DNA from: Phyllosticta citribraziliensis
Taxonomy: Eukaryota
Direction of reading: 5' to 3'
DNA length: 64,000 bases
NCBI RefSeq assembly: GCF_038025025.1
Contig: NW_027117344.1
Coordinates: 744,001-808,000 of the forward strand
Shown in pieces: positions 1 through 12,394 of this stretch (its first letter is position 1; each line of letters opens with the position of its first letter). The position numbers were made by a program, and so were the translations under genes. The notes beneath the pieces are model-generated. The model was not told the DNA's origin, did not search any database, and saw only the letters and a list, made by a program, of their open reading frames with translations.

Positions 1-290
1 TTCTATGGCGAGGAGGAGATTAGCCCGTTCAGCATGAACTACGCCACGCTCACGGGCATCGACATCCACACCAACGCATACCAAGACTCAAATCCTCATG
101 TAAAGCACCCTCCCCGACAGCTTCGACGACATTGAAGAGCCGTCCCGCTGACAACGCTTCCTGTCAGACGCCTCCTCTTTCCGACTCTTTCGAATCACAA
201 TCGGGCTCGCCTCCGGAATCGTGCTCGCTCTACAACCCCGCAACACCGGGGTCGTTGCCGGCGTCGCCTCCACATCTTGGCTGCTACTGA
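1..290 (+). CDS. 3' end of a gene truncated by the window edge; C-terminus resembles a fungal bZIP-type transcription factor family. Exons <1-99, 168-290
   Basis: Frame 1 reads FYGEEEISPFSMNYATLTGID...DSNPH. Intron 100-167 (GTAAAG..GCTGAC..CAG). It then reads TPPLSDSFE...PATPGSLPASPPHLGCY* with TGA at 288-290. The family call is from recall of the PFSMxYA and HTPPLS motifs; the bZIP domain itself is not in the window. Confidence 0.55.
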
Positions 291-1196
291 GCCTCTTCCC
301 TTGTTTACGATGTGTCGGAGCGTACGAGCCAAACGAGCATGGTCACGAATTTCAAAGTTTGAGACAGCGTCCCGCGCGCATCTCTCCCATCCATCACTCT
401 TCCTCTTGTGTGTATATTACCCCATCTCGCGGTGGCCTCGCCCAGAGTCTTGCTTTTTTGGGATCTGCATCCTTCCATCATTCGTTCAGCGTCGGCGTTT
501 TGAAGAATCACGGTCGTTTTGAATCGGCATGCCATAGGCTCATGGCACGTGCCGCAGGAAACTCATGGAGGCATGTTTGCGAAAGTTTTTTCCCTTCACG
601 GTCCCGGGTGGATTATCGCATCGGTGCGAAAGGCGTTTCTGAGATCTGGCTCCCCCTTCTCTTTTTCCGGTCACACGCGGTAGGAGGACAAGGACTTGTG
701 TCTGTGGATTGACGCAATCTTCGGTTTGGCCCCATGGATAGTGGCCAACGTCGACCCACTGGGAATCGTGGCTTTGCTGCTGCCGTTGGGGTCCCGCCGG
801 ATCCTGAGGATGCTAGGGTAACAGAGCTAAAATTGGCAATTTTTAATAGACCAAGCCTGCTTCACTCGCCGTGCGTATTGATCCTTCGTGATGTCAGTGG
901 AGCTGCCGAAGAGTGGTTTGTTGTCGGTGTCTAGAACGGGCGAGGTTGGTCGTCGGCAAGTCGGGAACCCGGAAGGCACGGGCTTCGTCCATTCCGCGTT
1001 TGCATGACGCCATTTCGCAGTGGGTTTGGCTCCGTTTGATTCATGCCTGAGGCGTCGATATTGGAAGTCCCACGTGAAACCGTTCCCTCGGCCAACGCGA
1101 CTTCCAGACACCGCCTCTGACGCTCCTCGACCGCGACCGCGCCTGTTTCGTGAAGCCCGTCCACCCACGTTTTGCCTCGACCGTCGAACCTACCCC

Positions 1197-3884
1197 ATGG
1201 CGCCAACCCGAAAGAAGACCACGACTGAGCGCGCCCGGCAATGGCTCCGGGGAGGAGGCGTGCTGCGCGAAGACTCGGACGACGAACTCGGCCAAGAGGA
1301 TTTACCGTGGGAATGGGTGTACAGCGATGAACAAGATGCCGAGGACGCGTCGCAAGACAAGCCGCGCAAGAGGGGGCGGCCTCGAAAGAGACAGATTGTC
1401 GGCGCGCGCATGGGAAGCTTTGAGTGCTGGCTTGGAGACGCAGTGTTCCTCAAGGCAGACAGCAACGAGGCGTTTGTGGGCATCGTGGTTGGCCTGTTTG
1501 ACGGAAAAGACGAGGATACTGGCGAGGACATCAAGATGGCCAATCTCATGTGGTTTCTTACTCCACGCGAGATCCGCAACAAGGCCAGAATGCGGACAGA
1601 TTATTTGGAAGTGGGTGCTCTGGTGCGAGCTCTGACGTATGCCATGCTGACAAAAAACAGAACGAGCTCTACATTACCGCTGATTTCGACGACAACCCAT
1701 TGGTTTCGATCAATGGTAGCGCGTACGTGTTATCGAAAGACGAATTTTTGAAAAAGTACCCCAGTGGCAAGGTTCCGCGTACGGCAAAAGACTTTGGCAA
1801 GACATTTGTCTGTAGGCGCGGCGTCAACACCCGCACAGTCACATATACGGACGAGTTCATCTGGGAAGATGTCTACCATGGGGATGAGAGCTGGCGAACC
1901 CTGATGGAGCTTGTCAAGAGCCAAACCACGGAGACCCGCACGCGTCGGGAGCCGCGCAAAGCGACCAGAGACGACATGGACGACTTTGTTGCAGAAGATG
2001 ATGACGATGAAGACGCTCCAAAGACGCCAAGGAAGCGGCGAAGGCTGAACGACGCCATAACGCCCTCGAGAAGGAAAGATTTGACACCTCGGAAGTTTGT
2101 GACTCCGACGCACAAGCGGATAGTGGTCAAGAAACCCCTGGAATTCACGCCGCTGGGAACTCGGGTCCTTTCTCCCAGCGTCCTCTCCTCGCCGTATCAA
2201 GTTGCTCGAAACCAGCTGCATGTGTCGTCGGTGCCTGCGTCGTTGCCATGTCGCGAGGAAGAGTTTTCAACCGTGTATTCCCACCTCGAGGCCGCCATCA
2301 CGGACGGCTCGGGCTCGTGCATCTACATTTCTGGTACTCCTGGCACCGGCAAGACCGCAACAGTCCGAGAAGTGGTTGCCCAACTCAACGCCTCGGTCCA
2401 ATCCGAAGAATTGGACGACTTCATCTTTGTCGAAGTCAACGGTATGAAGGTGACCGATCCCCATCAATCGTACTCTTTGCTGTGGGAAGCTTTACGAGGA
2501 GACAGAGTGAGCCCTTCTCATGCTTTGGAGCTCCTTGAGCGAGAGTTTTCGAGTCCTAGCCCTCGAAGGGTACCATGTGTCGTCTTGATGGATGAATTGG
2601 ACCAGCTGGTCACCAAGAACCAGAGCGTCATGTACAACTTTTTCAACTGGCCGGGCTTGCGTCATAGCCGGTTGATTGTGCTCGCTGTGGCAAACACTAT
2701 GGACTTGCCGGAGCGGACGCTCAGCAACAAGATTAGTAGTCGACTTGGTAAGTTTGTCTCGCCGTCTGATAAAGCTCCCATGCCTTGGTCATTTGCCACA
2801 AGCTTTGCAATCGAATTTTGTGGCATTTCCAGCATTGAAATGCAACCATCTTGTAGTTTGCTTCGAATTCGAAAGTCTTTTCTCCTCACCGTGCCAACCC
2901 CACTGCCCTTCAATTTGCAACATCACTCTACCCATAATCGTACCATGACTAACCCCCCCTGCAGGCCTCACTCGAATCACCTTCCCAGGCTACACGCACG
3001 ACCAACTCATGTCCATTATTCAGTCCCGCCTTGCCAACGTCCCAGGCAACATAGTCCATCCAGATGCCATCCAATTTGCATCTCGAAAAGTCGCCGCCGT
3101 GTCAGGAGACGCCCGCCGTGCCCTCGACATATGTCGACGCGCCGTCGAAATCGCCGAAGCAGCATCACTCGATGCCTCCAACGGCACCAACGGCGCCGAC
3201 TCTACATCCGCTCCAAACACGCCCAGCAAAACGCCCGGCCGCGCAAAGCGCGCCCCGCAAAACGCTGCCACGAGCGGCAAAGCCCCCATCGTCTCGATCC
3301 AAACAATCAAGCAGGCCATCGCCGAAGCCACCAGCTCGCCGCTCCAGCAACACTTGCGCTCGCTGCCCCTCAGCAACAAGATGTTCCTGGCCGCGCTGCT
3401 GGCGCGCGTGCGCCGCACCGGCATCGCCGAGGCCGTCCTGGGCGACGTGCTGGACGAGGCCAAGACCCTGGCCGCCATGAGCAGCAGCAGCGGCGATGCC
3501 ATCTCGGAGTTCCTGCTGGCCGGCGCGACCGTCACCGCGGGTGACGGCGACGCCGCACTCGACGCTCTCGAGGCGCTGGGCGCGGCTGGGTCGAGCGCCG
3601 TCGCGCAGCAGCGTTCGCCGTTGACGCCGCGCAGGGGCCGGCGGCCTGCTGCTGCTGTTGCTGCGCAAGGAGGAGGCAGGGCTGATGCAAAGGCACGCGC
3701 GATGAGGGCGGCGCGCGTTGTGGGTATGGGCGCGGCGGCGGTCGAGTTGATGGAGGCTGGGATTGTGGGGCTTGAGGCGCGGAGGGGAGAGCGCGTTGGC
3801 AGGGTGCGCTTGGGCGTCAGCGATGAAGAGGTGCGGTTGGCTCTGCGCGAGGACGATGAGGTCAGGGGGTTGGGATTTGGATAG
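1197..3884 (+). CDS. ORC1: Origin recognition complex subunit 1 (BAH + AAA+). Exons 1197-1610, 1661-2747, 2965-3884
   Basis: N-terminal BAH-like region; SLPCREEEF; Walker A YISGTPGTGKT; Walker B VVLMDELD; ANTMDLPER; SRLG|LTRITFPGY restored by splicing; SGDARRALDICRRAVE. Both introns are canonical. Confidence 0.95.
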
Positions 3885-4490
3885 ACGAGGGATGGACGGG
3901 GGAGGTGGCTAGCAGGGAGAGAAGTGTTGTGGATATACGAGATACCCGGTTGTTTGTTTGCCCAGGGCACCGACACGAGAATGAAGTCAGTGATAGGTGT
4001 GAAACCCACAGCGTCCTTGACGGAGCAGAGCCTTCATCCGTTGTGTCCAGAGAACGAGAGATGGACCGTGTGGAACTACGACGTCTATCGAGTCTTTTCA
4101 CTTCCCCCCCTTGACGCATCGACGAAGTGGGCCACTCCTTCATGTATGTGCTACGTAGACCTGACCGCCGTCTCGCTCTCGTCGCTCAATTACATACACG
4201 CCCACGCCACACAACACACACGCAAGATATCCGGCGCAAAGTAAGGAGAGGCGAAGCGACATGAATGAGATGGATAGCCGCCCACAAGAACAAAACCCCG
4301 ACGAATCGCCATCGTTCCTGGCTCAAGACAGACGTACAGTCCCCATGTACTCGCCGCCCAAGAAGATAAAGTATAGAGGCAAAGGAAGAAACACCCGCAC
4401 AGAAGAAGTAAAAGTCCGCCAAAACCCACCCCCCTTTCCTTGACCCCTGACAATTCCCCCTTCCCTCCTACCTCCTCCCAGCTCCCAGCT

Positions 4491-4530
4491 CCCATCCCAT
4501 CCCATCCCATCCCATCACATCACATCACAT
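4491..4530. repeat. Compound pentanucleotide microsatellite (CCCAT)5(CACAT)3 just 3' of the CFEM gene
   Basis: Read directly from the sequence. Confidence 0.9.
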
Positions 4531-4550
4531 CAACTCAATTCAGCGACCGT

Positions 4551-5620
4551 TCAAAACACAGCCGCAACAAAAGCCGCCGCCACACCAACCGCCGCACCAA
4601 CGCCCTTCCCTGCCGCCGCGCCGCCCGTAAACTGCGCCACGCCCGGCGTCGTGGGCGTCGTGCCCCGGTACGGCGTCGTGTACGCACCACCGACGCCGCC
4701 GACAGCGCGCGAAGTAGAGCTGCCACCGTTGCTGTTGCCACCGACGATGACGGGGCTCGACGCGAGCGGGATGGTGGCGATGAGCCCCGAGGACGAGGGG
4801 GCAGCGCCGCTGTTACCGCCGTTGTTGTTGTAGGCGGGCGCGGACGAGTACGGGGCGACGGGCGCCGATTTGTTGGGCGGTGCGACGACGCCGCCGGCGG
4901 GAGAGGAAGAGGGGCCGGTGGGGTTGTTGTTGTTGTTGTTGCCGCCGTTGTTGCCGCCGGCTGTCGTCGTCGGCGCTGGGTTGTTGTTGACGGGAGGGAC
5001 GGTGGCCGGGGACGAGGGCGAGGCGTAGCCGGGCGCTGAGGCCGGCATAGTGGCGGTTTTGGTCGCCGGGATGGTGAGCTGGACGCCGTATTCTTGACAC
5101 AGGGCGACGACGTCTTTTACGACGGCTGTGGGGGGAGTGTTGTTAGCTGGGTGCGCTGGATGTAGGTTGGGAGTTTGGAGATAGAAGATGCGATGGGGGG
5201 AGGCGATGACGTGAGGCATGGCAGATCTGGCATTTCTTTTGTCGCCCCTTGTTGCGTGATGTGCGAAGGAAAAGGTGGGGGGGGGGGGGGGGGGGGGGGG
5301 GGAGGAAAGAGTGATAGTTTGCGCAAGCGATGACATACTCTCTTGGTCCGTTACGGAGCAGGCCTTTTCCACGCACGGCGTCACCGACTCCACGAGGCCA
5401 GGCTTCTTGCAGTGGCACTCAAAGTCGCCCAGAGAGCTGCATCCGTCGTTGGACAGGACCTGGACGAAGCAGTTGACCTGTGATATCACATTAGCGTAAA
5501 CGTTGGATAGACAAGCTGCTGCCGAGCATCACTCACCGCGCAGTTGGGCAGGTCAGTGACAGCCTGGGAATAGGCAACCGAGGCCATGGAGAGGGCAATA
5601 GCAGCGACGGCAGTCTTCAT
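4551..5620 (-). CDS. CFEM-domain, probably GPI-anchored cell-surface protein. Exons 5620-5537, 5477-5339, 5125-4551
   Basis: Signal peptide MKTAVAAIALSMASVAYSQ. Eight-Cys CFEM pattern LPNCA|VNC..GCSSLGDFECHC..PCVEKAC..LC. P/S/T/N/G-rich stalk and hydrophobic C-terminus after AQFTGGAA. Introns 5478-5536 and 5126-5338. Confidence 0.9.
5277..5302. repeat. G26 homopolymer inside CFEM intron 2
   Basis: Read directly; the exact length may be affected by sequencing error. Confidence 0.9.
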
Positions 5621-8173
5621 CTTGGGCGAGCGTGTCTTGTTCGAGATGCCTTGGAAAGGGGGTTAGGCTCTGGGGACTTGAGATGGACTGTACGGGCTCA
5701 ACAAGAAAGTGAGCTCCAGAGGACACGACTGACAGGAAAGTTGAGCCGGCCTATATCCTCGCTCTTCTTTATACCTTGGTCTTTGAGACAACGCCTTCGT
5801 GCGAGGCTCTGACGCCGTCTGCGGCGCCGTCCATCGCATGGATGGGGTGGAAATACATGCGAGCTCGCGCGACGGAGTGCGGCGCTCAAGGCGCCTGCGC
5901 CTTTGCCGAACGTTTGTACCCTTGCGGAAAGCACGTACAGAAGCAAGGAACTAACAGTGAAGATGCTCGTAGAGGAGACGAGATACGATGGTCTAAAAAA
6001 AGGCTTTTGCACAAGTGACCCCCAGGTGGAGCGTTATCGTATGATGGATGTTGCACCCCAACCCTGCCCACTGAGTGACAGTATTCCAACGCCGTCATCG
6101 CGCGGGACTAAGCATAGGGGGCTCAGCCTTGGTTTGGAGTCGTCTATGTTGAAAAGGGTGCACTTTGCAAGCGGCGGCGCTAGTAGTGGGCGACAGCTCT
6201 AAATAGGCGCGCGATCTATCCTCTTAGGGCGCCACCAAGTAAGTCATTGGCCCTTGCACATCGTCCCTATGCCACAATGAGGATAAGCTGGCTTCTTGTT
6301 TGCAAGGATCTGTACTGTTTTTGGAGTGGCAGGTTGGAATCTGGGGGTGCAGCCGCATGAAGTGGCGCCTCTCCACGCAACGTGAAAATGGCCGAGACGT
6401 TGATGGAAACCTCCCTTGCAATCCCACTAACCGCGTGGCATCTCTGCCACAGCGTTTGTAGCTTCGAGTGTGGCAAATTTGCGTGGCTGATTCTCCTGTC
6501 GTGGGATTCTCTAGGGTGCACCAGGAGCAAACAATATGTAAAAGGCGTCAACATTCAGAGCCAAGTAATGTTTTCTGGTCATGGGCATGCTGTTCTGTCC
6601 TTACACAACGTCAAGTAAAGTTGTGCTGAAGATCCGTGGTCGATTGACAGGTGCAGCATAATAAAGTGTAGAAGCCAAGTAAAGCGACTGCCTTCCAAGA
6701 AATATCTCAGCACTTTAGTCGCATCGCGATCGCTGCCAATCAGCAGGGTAATTTCGGACTGCGGGAAGGCTAGTATCCGAAGACAAGTGCGTCACCTTTC
6801 CGGAGCGGCACGAAGCGGCGCGAAGCGAAGCCTGCTTCTTTGTTTGTCCTTGGGGCCTGGATAGATGATCGACTGCAGCGGGCACCATCAGTGTCCATGA
6901 TATGATGGACGGGATGACCCTGCATTAAATCCACGTCGCAAACGATGCTATGGCGATCCTGTCTTGGATTCCGAGGCCTGGCCAGTTTAACAAGTGGGAG
7001 TGATGGCACGACGTTTGTCCCGTCGGCAAGTTGATCCACTGAATTGGGCTCTTGAGTACTCCGCCACGAACGAAGGATCTGAGATGGCTTTGAGCGCTGT
7101 TCCTGAGCATGCGTGCCTTGCAAGCATACCCTTTGAGTTGGAAGAACTAAAAGAGACGAGTGAGCGGCCCCGCAAGCAAGATTAGGTCACATAAAATGCC
7201 ATGTGGGACTGTGCAGGTAACTAGCAGTCACTCCGTGTCCCACTACATCTTTCTCACATTGTCGACTTTGATCACGATCGACGCGAGAGTTGATCCAGAC
7301 TTAGATGGAAGCCTGAGCGTCCCCTCGCGCCTCGCGGCCAGACTTGTTTGCTGCGCTTCGGTCCAGTTTTCCATCGATGGTTGATCCCATCCACATCTTT
7401 TGCAGCCTTATGAGTCGTGGCCTCGAGAAGTGCGCTTTTTGTGCACATGTTTGAAATGAGACAACCGGGAAAGTTGTTGCATCGCATGCTCTATTGCGAA
7501 ATTTGGAGATGGCTAGCGGCGCTTGTATTTTCATATCTAATCACATTAGCTCAACAGTGAAACAAAATGCCGGTTCACAGGGTAGTCTTCTGGGACGCCA
7601 ACACTCGACGGCGCGCTCTGTGATCTGGAAAATACGAGATTCTTTCTTCAATTCCAGGTTTGGAGGCGAGGGAAGGACTCTGCCAAGGAGCGAAAGTTCA
7701 GCGGAGGCAGGAAATTGCGGGAAAAATCAGTCCAAGACGAATTTGATTCGGGCGGAATCCAAAGGTGACCATCGACCAGGACGTGGACTTGGTGACAATG
7801 CATTGAATGCGTTTAAGAGAAATTCAGCCATTTTCAACAATGGCCGACGCAGATTGGACAAGTAGTCTCGGCTGAAGCAGTTTTCCCACGCAGAAGACTG
7901 TGATTGTGAGAGAGTGATGTTGTACGTTGAATGTTGACCGAGTTGTCGTTGGAAAAAGCTCAAGTGTAAGAGACGTCTGAGACGGAGGCAGTGGCTTAGG
8001 TAAGTCCAGGCCTACGTCAACCACTAGCGCGACTTCTATCGGCAACTTCTTGAGCTTCAAACGCGACAACTCCAACCAACCAGCCCACGCACACCCACCA
8101 CCATCCCAGGACCCAATGATACCCTAAGCCCGTCTCATTCTCTCCGACTGTCAACAATTGAGCGATACCCACC

Positions 8174-9742
8174 ATGGCCGACGTAGCATCCTCCTCGACG
8201 CCCATTTCCCCCGAGACCATAGTGAGTACCTCGCCCCGAGGATTTTCTGCGCAAGCATTAACACTAAGACCGCAGAACCTTGTACGTAATTCAGCAAAGC
8301 GTACACGAGAGATATACGCCTCCGACTTCGCCTCTCCCTCCGCCCTCGAACCCTCCTCAACATCGGCCTTCATCACCGCGCCCCCCGCCACCTCTCCCGC
8401 CGACGTTGCTGAACGCGCCAACGTTAGCACTCGCATCCGCTATGAATACGCAGACGTACAGGAGCTCCCGGCCGCACTGGCAGCCAAACAAGCCAGCGCC
8501 GCCGCCAGCGCAGCGGCACGACGCAAAAAGGCGAAGCAGACGACCGAAGACCAGCCGTCGGACCCGAAGATGGTGAAGATGATTGAGGGAATATCAGCAG
8601 CAGACGAGGCGCGCCGAAACAAGGCGGCAGACTCGATGGCACTGACGGTGCGCGGAAAAAACGCCAGCGGAAGGCTGCCGCCAAACGCCCACGGCCCGAC
8701 GCCGCAGCGCGATTTGCCTGGGTCGAGTCTGGTTCGGCGCGAGACCATTCGCCAACCAAAGCCCGACTGGCACGCACCGTGGAAGCTGATGCGGGTCATC
8801 TCTGGGCACCTGGGATGGGTACGGGCGCTGGCAGTGGAGCCGGGGAACCAGTGGTTCGCGTCAGGCGCAGGGGACCGCACAATCAAAATCTGGGACCTGG
8901 CGTCGGGCAACCTCAAACTGACGCTGACGGGTCACATATCGACGGTGCGCGGGCTTGCTGTGTCGCCGCGGCATCCATACCTGTTTTCGTGCGGCGAGGA
9001 CAAGAAGGTCAAATGCTGGGACCTGGAGACGAACAAGGTGATTCGCGACTACCACGGGCATCTGAGCGGCGTGTACACGCTGTCGCTACACCCGACGCTC
9101 GACGTGCTGGTGACGGGTGGCCGCGACGGCGTTGCGCGCGTCTGGGACATGCGCACGCGGTCCAACGTCCACGTCCTCGCCGGCCACAAAGGCACCGTCT
9201 GCGACGTCAAATGCCAAGAGTCGGATCCACAGGTGCTGTCAGCGTCTCTCGACTCGCACGTGCGCATGTGGGACCTAGCAGCAGGCAAGACCATGGGCGT
9301 CCTCACGCACCACAAGAAGGGCGTGCGGGCTCTGACGACGCACCCCAAGGAGTTCACGTTCGCGTCGGCCAGCACGGGGTCGATCAAGCAGTGGAAGTGC
9401 CCGGAGGGCGCCTTCATGCAAAACTTCGACGGCCACAACGCCATCATCAACACGATGGCCGTCAACGAGGACAACGTGCTCTTCTCGGGCGGCGATAATG
9501 GCTCCGTCTCCTTCTGGGACTGGAAGACGGGCCACCGCTTCCAGACCCTCGACGCCGTCGCCCAGCCCGGCTCGCTCGACGCAGAGGCCGGCGTCATGAG
9601 CTCCACCTTTGACCTTACCGGCTTGCGTCTGATTACTGGCGAGGCCGACAAGACGATCAAGGTTTGGCGGCAGGATGAGGATGCGACGCCGGAATCGCAT
9701 CCGTTGGACTGGAAACCCACGTTGGGAAGGCAAAAGTTTTGA
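8174..9742 (+). CDS. PRP46: Pre-mRNA splicing factor Prp46/PLRG1 (WD40), intronless
   Basis: [23 protein letters not shown], serial GH..WD repeats, [22 protein letters not shown] and EDATPESHP are characteristic of Prp46. Confidence 0.96.
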   Translation: MADVASSSTPISPETIVSTSPRGFSAQALTLRPQNLVRNSAKRTREIYASDFASPSALEPSSTSAFITAPPATSPADVAERANVSTRIRYEYADVQELPAALAAKQASAAASAAARRKKAKQTTEDQPSDPKMVKMIEGISAADEARRNKAADSMALTVRGKNASGRLPPNAHGPTPQRDLPGSSLVRRETIRQPKPDWHAPWKLMRVISGHLGWVRALAVEPGNQWFASGAGDRTIKIWDLASGNLKLTLTGHISTVRGLAVSPRHPYLFSCGEDKKVKCWDLETNKVIRDYHGHLSGVYTLSLHPTLDVLVTGGRDGVARVWDMRTRSNVHVLAGHKGTVCDVKCQESDPQVLSASLDSHVRMWDLAAGKTMGVLTHHKKGVRALTTHPKEFTFASASTGSIKQWKCPEGAFMQNFDGHNAIINTMAVNEDNVLFSGGDNGSVSFWDWKTGHRFQTLDAVAQPGSLDAEAGVMSSTFDLTGLRLITGEADKTIKVWRQDEDATPESHPLDWKPTLGRQKF

Positions 9743-10234
9743 TTGAGGTTGAAAGAGCTATGGAGAGAGGGGGAGGTGGGAAAAGCCCACGCAAATCAAT
9801 TCCAAAAAGTCCTTTTTGATCTGAAGCCGCTGCGGCATTCACCTTGACTGTCTACATGATGCCACTGCGAGGCCCTTTCTGACCGGATGTACTCCGACCT
9901 CGACGCGTTTTTGCATGGAAGATTTTTACAAAGTGATTCATTCAGGACGTTGGAGGCTGAGTGGCATCCCCACAATATGCATACCGGTAAACGGAAGGGT
10001 CACCACACGGACACTTGAGATGTGTATAAAGAAGCGACCGAGTACAATTGAATGCATTACCCCAATCACACGATGCTATGAAATACCCAAGGACGGCAAC
10101 GACGTCATCGTCGTCGTCCGTCCAGCACCTCAGTCAGCTCAACTCCAATCCCATCGAGAAATCCAAGGGGGAGCAGCAAAAGCTACCCAGCGACGAAGCA
10201 ACCAGTCAACAACATTCTTCTTTGTCCGACTCGT

Positions 10235-10899
10235 CTATTTCTTCTTCGACAGCTTCTCGCCCTCCTTCTGCAACTTCTGGATCGTATCCTTCGACGCGTC
10301 GACCTCGCCGCGGTCAGCCTTGACCTATTCACCCCAATAACGTTAGCACTGTATACTCTGCTCGACTTGCTTGGTCCATTGCCTCGACTGGCGGCGGGGG
10401 GGAGGCTGAGACGTACCGCCGACTCGCTGTCCGACGCCAGCTCGTCCTTCCAGTGGCCCTTGCCCTCCCTCTGATTCTTGAGGCCCTCCTGCTTGTGCGC
10501 TTCGGCTTCTTCGGCGCGGCCTTCTTGGTCTGGTGCGAGGCGTTAGCTATTGCGTGCGTGCGGGTACGTCCAGATTGCGCTGTTCGCAGATAGAGTGCGT
10601 AGGACGGGATGGCGGCGGCCCTGGTCCTGGACCCGCAGGCGGAACGGGACGAGGGATGGTGGGAGCCGCCATTCAATCATTTTTGGGAGGGGGATTTTGG
10701 GGAGAGAGGTGCGATGGAGATGGAGAAGATGTTTGTGATCTGGTCTAATTGCGGGAGTGTGGGGAGATGGAGTAGCTGTCTACTTACTCAACGCCGACTC
10801 CTTGCCCACCATCCGCAGTGCCGAGGTCTGGAAGCCCATTCGCTGCGTAGCAAAGACATTTGTGCGGGACGCGCGGGTGAAATTCCTGAGAGCAGACAT
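10235..10899 (-). CDS. Small (~105 aa) conserved fungal protein with a predicted mitochondrial presequence. Exons 10899-10788, 10529-10417, 10324-10235
   Basis: MSALRNFTRASRTNVFATQRMGFQTSALRMVGKESAL|NQEGRAEEAEAHKQEGLKNQREGKGHWKDELASDSESA|VKADRGEVDASKDTIQKLQKEGEKLSKKK*. The N-terminus is Arg-rich and acid-free. Introns have GTAAGT and GTACGT donors with CTAAC branch points. Confidence 0.8.
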
Positions 10900-12394
10900 T
10901 GTGCGGTGTTGTGGATGAGTATGGAGGAGGTAAGAGGGAAGATGAGGCGAGTTCGTGGAGAGTGTAATGTAGAGTCTAAGAAGCCAGTCAGCCCATCGTT
11001 CAGGTAAAAAGCTAAAGTGTCCGCATTCGACGTCGAGGAACAAAGGATGAGAGACAGTAATGGGGAACGGCGTGGTGGGCGGCGGGGTTGAGCGAAGCAC
11101 AGGGTTCGTCATACCTGGGTAGCTCGAAAAGCTCTTGGAGGTGAGTGATGGATGAATTGGAGGTGAATGCAAGATGGTACGAGACAGGGAGAGAAAGAGG
11201 TGCGCTGGTTAAAAGGAATCCTCGGTTGTCAACCAAGAGCTTCTGCAGGTGCTGGACTGGACCTAGGTGAGCCCTCATGTCGTCATATGTGGTCTGTGCG
11301 AGGCAGCTTGTCCACCAGCAATGAGGCGCTGATTATTACTGACGTCCTCGTCGCCTTGGGCCCCGCATCGCTCATCGACCCCGTTCGTTCCCCTGAAAAC
11401 CTACCGTCAGACGGCTATCAAGATCGGCACACGTGCGGGTCAGGCATTCACGCAGAGGCCAACGGATTTGAGAACGCCTTTGCAGGAGATGAGCGAGAGC
11501 CAGTGAATATGATGGACAAGTGGAAGTTGATTCAAACTACCCCCGATAATCGAGAAGAAAAAACCCGTAGAGACCATTCCAGTTGGTGCCTAGATCAACT
11601 AATAAGAGAATAGAGGAACCCAAAAGTAAAACGGCGTGATATCGTGCCAGCGTACATGTGAATCTTTGAACTTTGTATCCGCAAAAGAACGAATAGAGCA
11701 AGAACAGAAGACCCGGCATGACCGGATGACCAAAAGTTATGCGCTGTCTCCGTCAACAACACAACAACAACAACAAGACAGAGAGAAGCCCAACCGACAC
11801 CGCCGCTATATTCTTGTGCATGAAAGACTTTCGCCGTGGTATACCAGCAGAATCCGGACCCATTCAGACAACACCAATACAACCGCCAAAACCAACTCAC
11901 CCTGCGCCGGGGGGGGGGGTTAATGCGAGCCCGCCGATAAAAGAAATCCAGCGCCTGATCCCAGTTTCCAAACACTGTCCAGGCGCATCCCACCCAGCCG
12001 AGAACACCTCTTTTTGTTGTTGGTTTTCTTGTCAAAAAAGCCGAAAAACACCCGTGTGAGAGAGCAACAAAAGCCGTCCGTGAATGCCGTAAAGAGCCGA
12101 GCCAACGTGCAAAGCCAGCCACAGATCTATTCGATGAAAATTAGAATGCAATGTTTTGTAGGTCGTCGCATTGTAACGCCGTCGTCCAGGATGGAATGGG
12201 TATCCGAGGGGTAAGAGTTCGTGTATCTTTGTACAAAACAGCCAGGTAGCGGGAGAAGAGAGCCTCGGAGAAGAGTCGAAAGTCGAGAGTGGAGATCCCG
12301 GAGGAAGTAGAAGCGAACAAGACCCAGCCCAACGACGCAGCGCGCCACAATGCGAGCGAACAGACCGTAGCCAGCATCGCATTGACTAACAGAT

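Noticed and set aside
3020..4009. 329-aa antisense ORF over ORC1, and similar long antisense ORFs at 17637-18773, 27092-28159, 39634-40623 and 61794-62780
   Set aside because: They mirror GC-rich coding strands where codon bias depletes antisense stops, and they show no recognisable motifs.
10568..10579. In-frame 12-nt microexon in the long intron of the mitochondrial microprotein gene
   Set aside because: It would need a weak GTACCC donor and a 38-nt downstream intron, and no good upstream branch point is visible.
12211..12392. Plus-strand intron-like signals (GTAAGA ... GACTAAC AG) antisense to a 3' UTR
   Set aside because: The branch site abuts the AG and there are no plausible flanking exons; likely chance.
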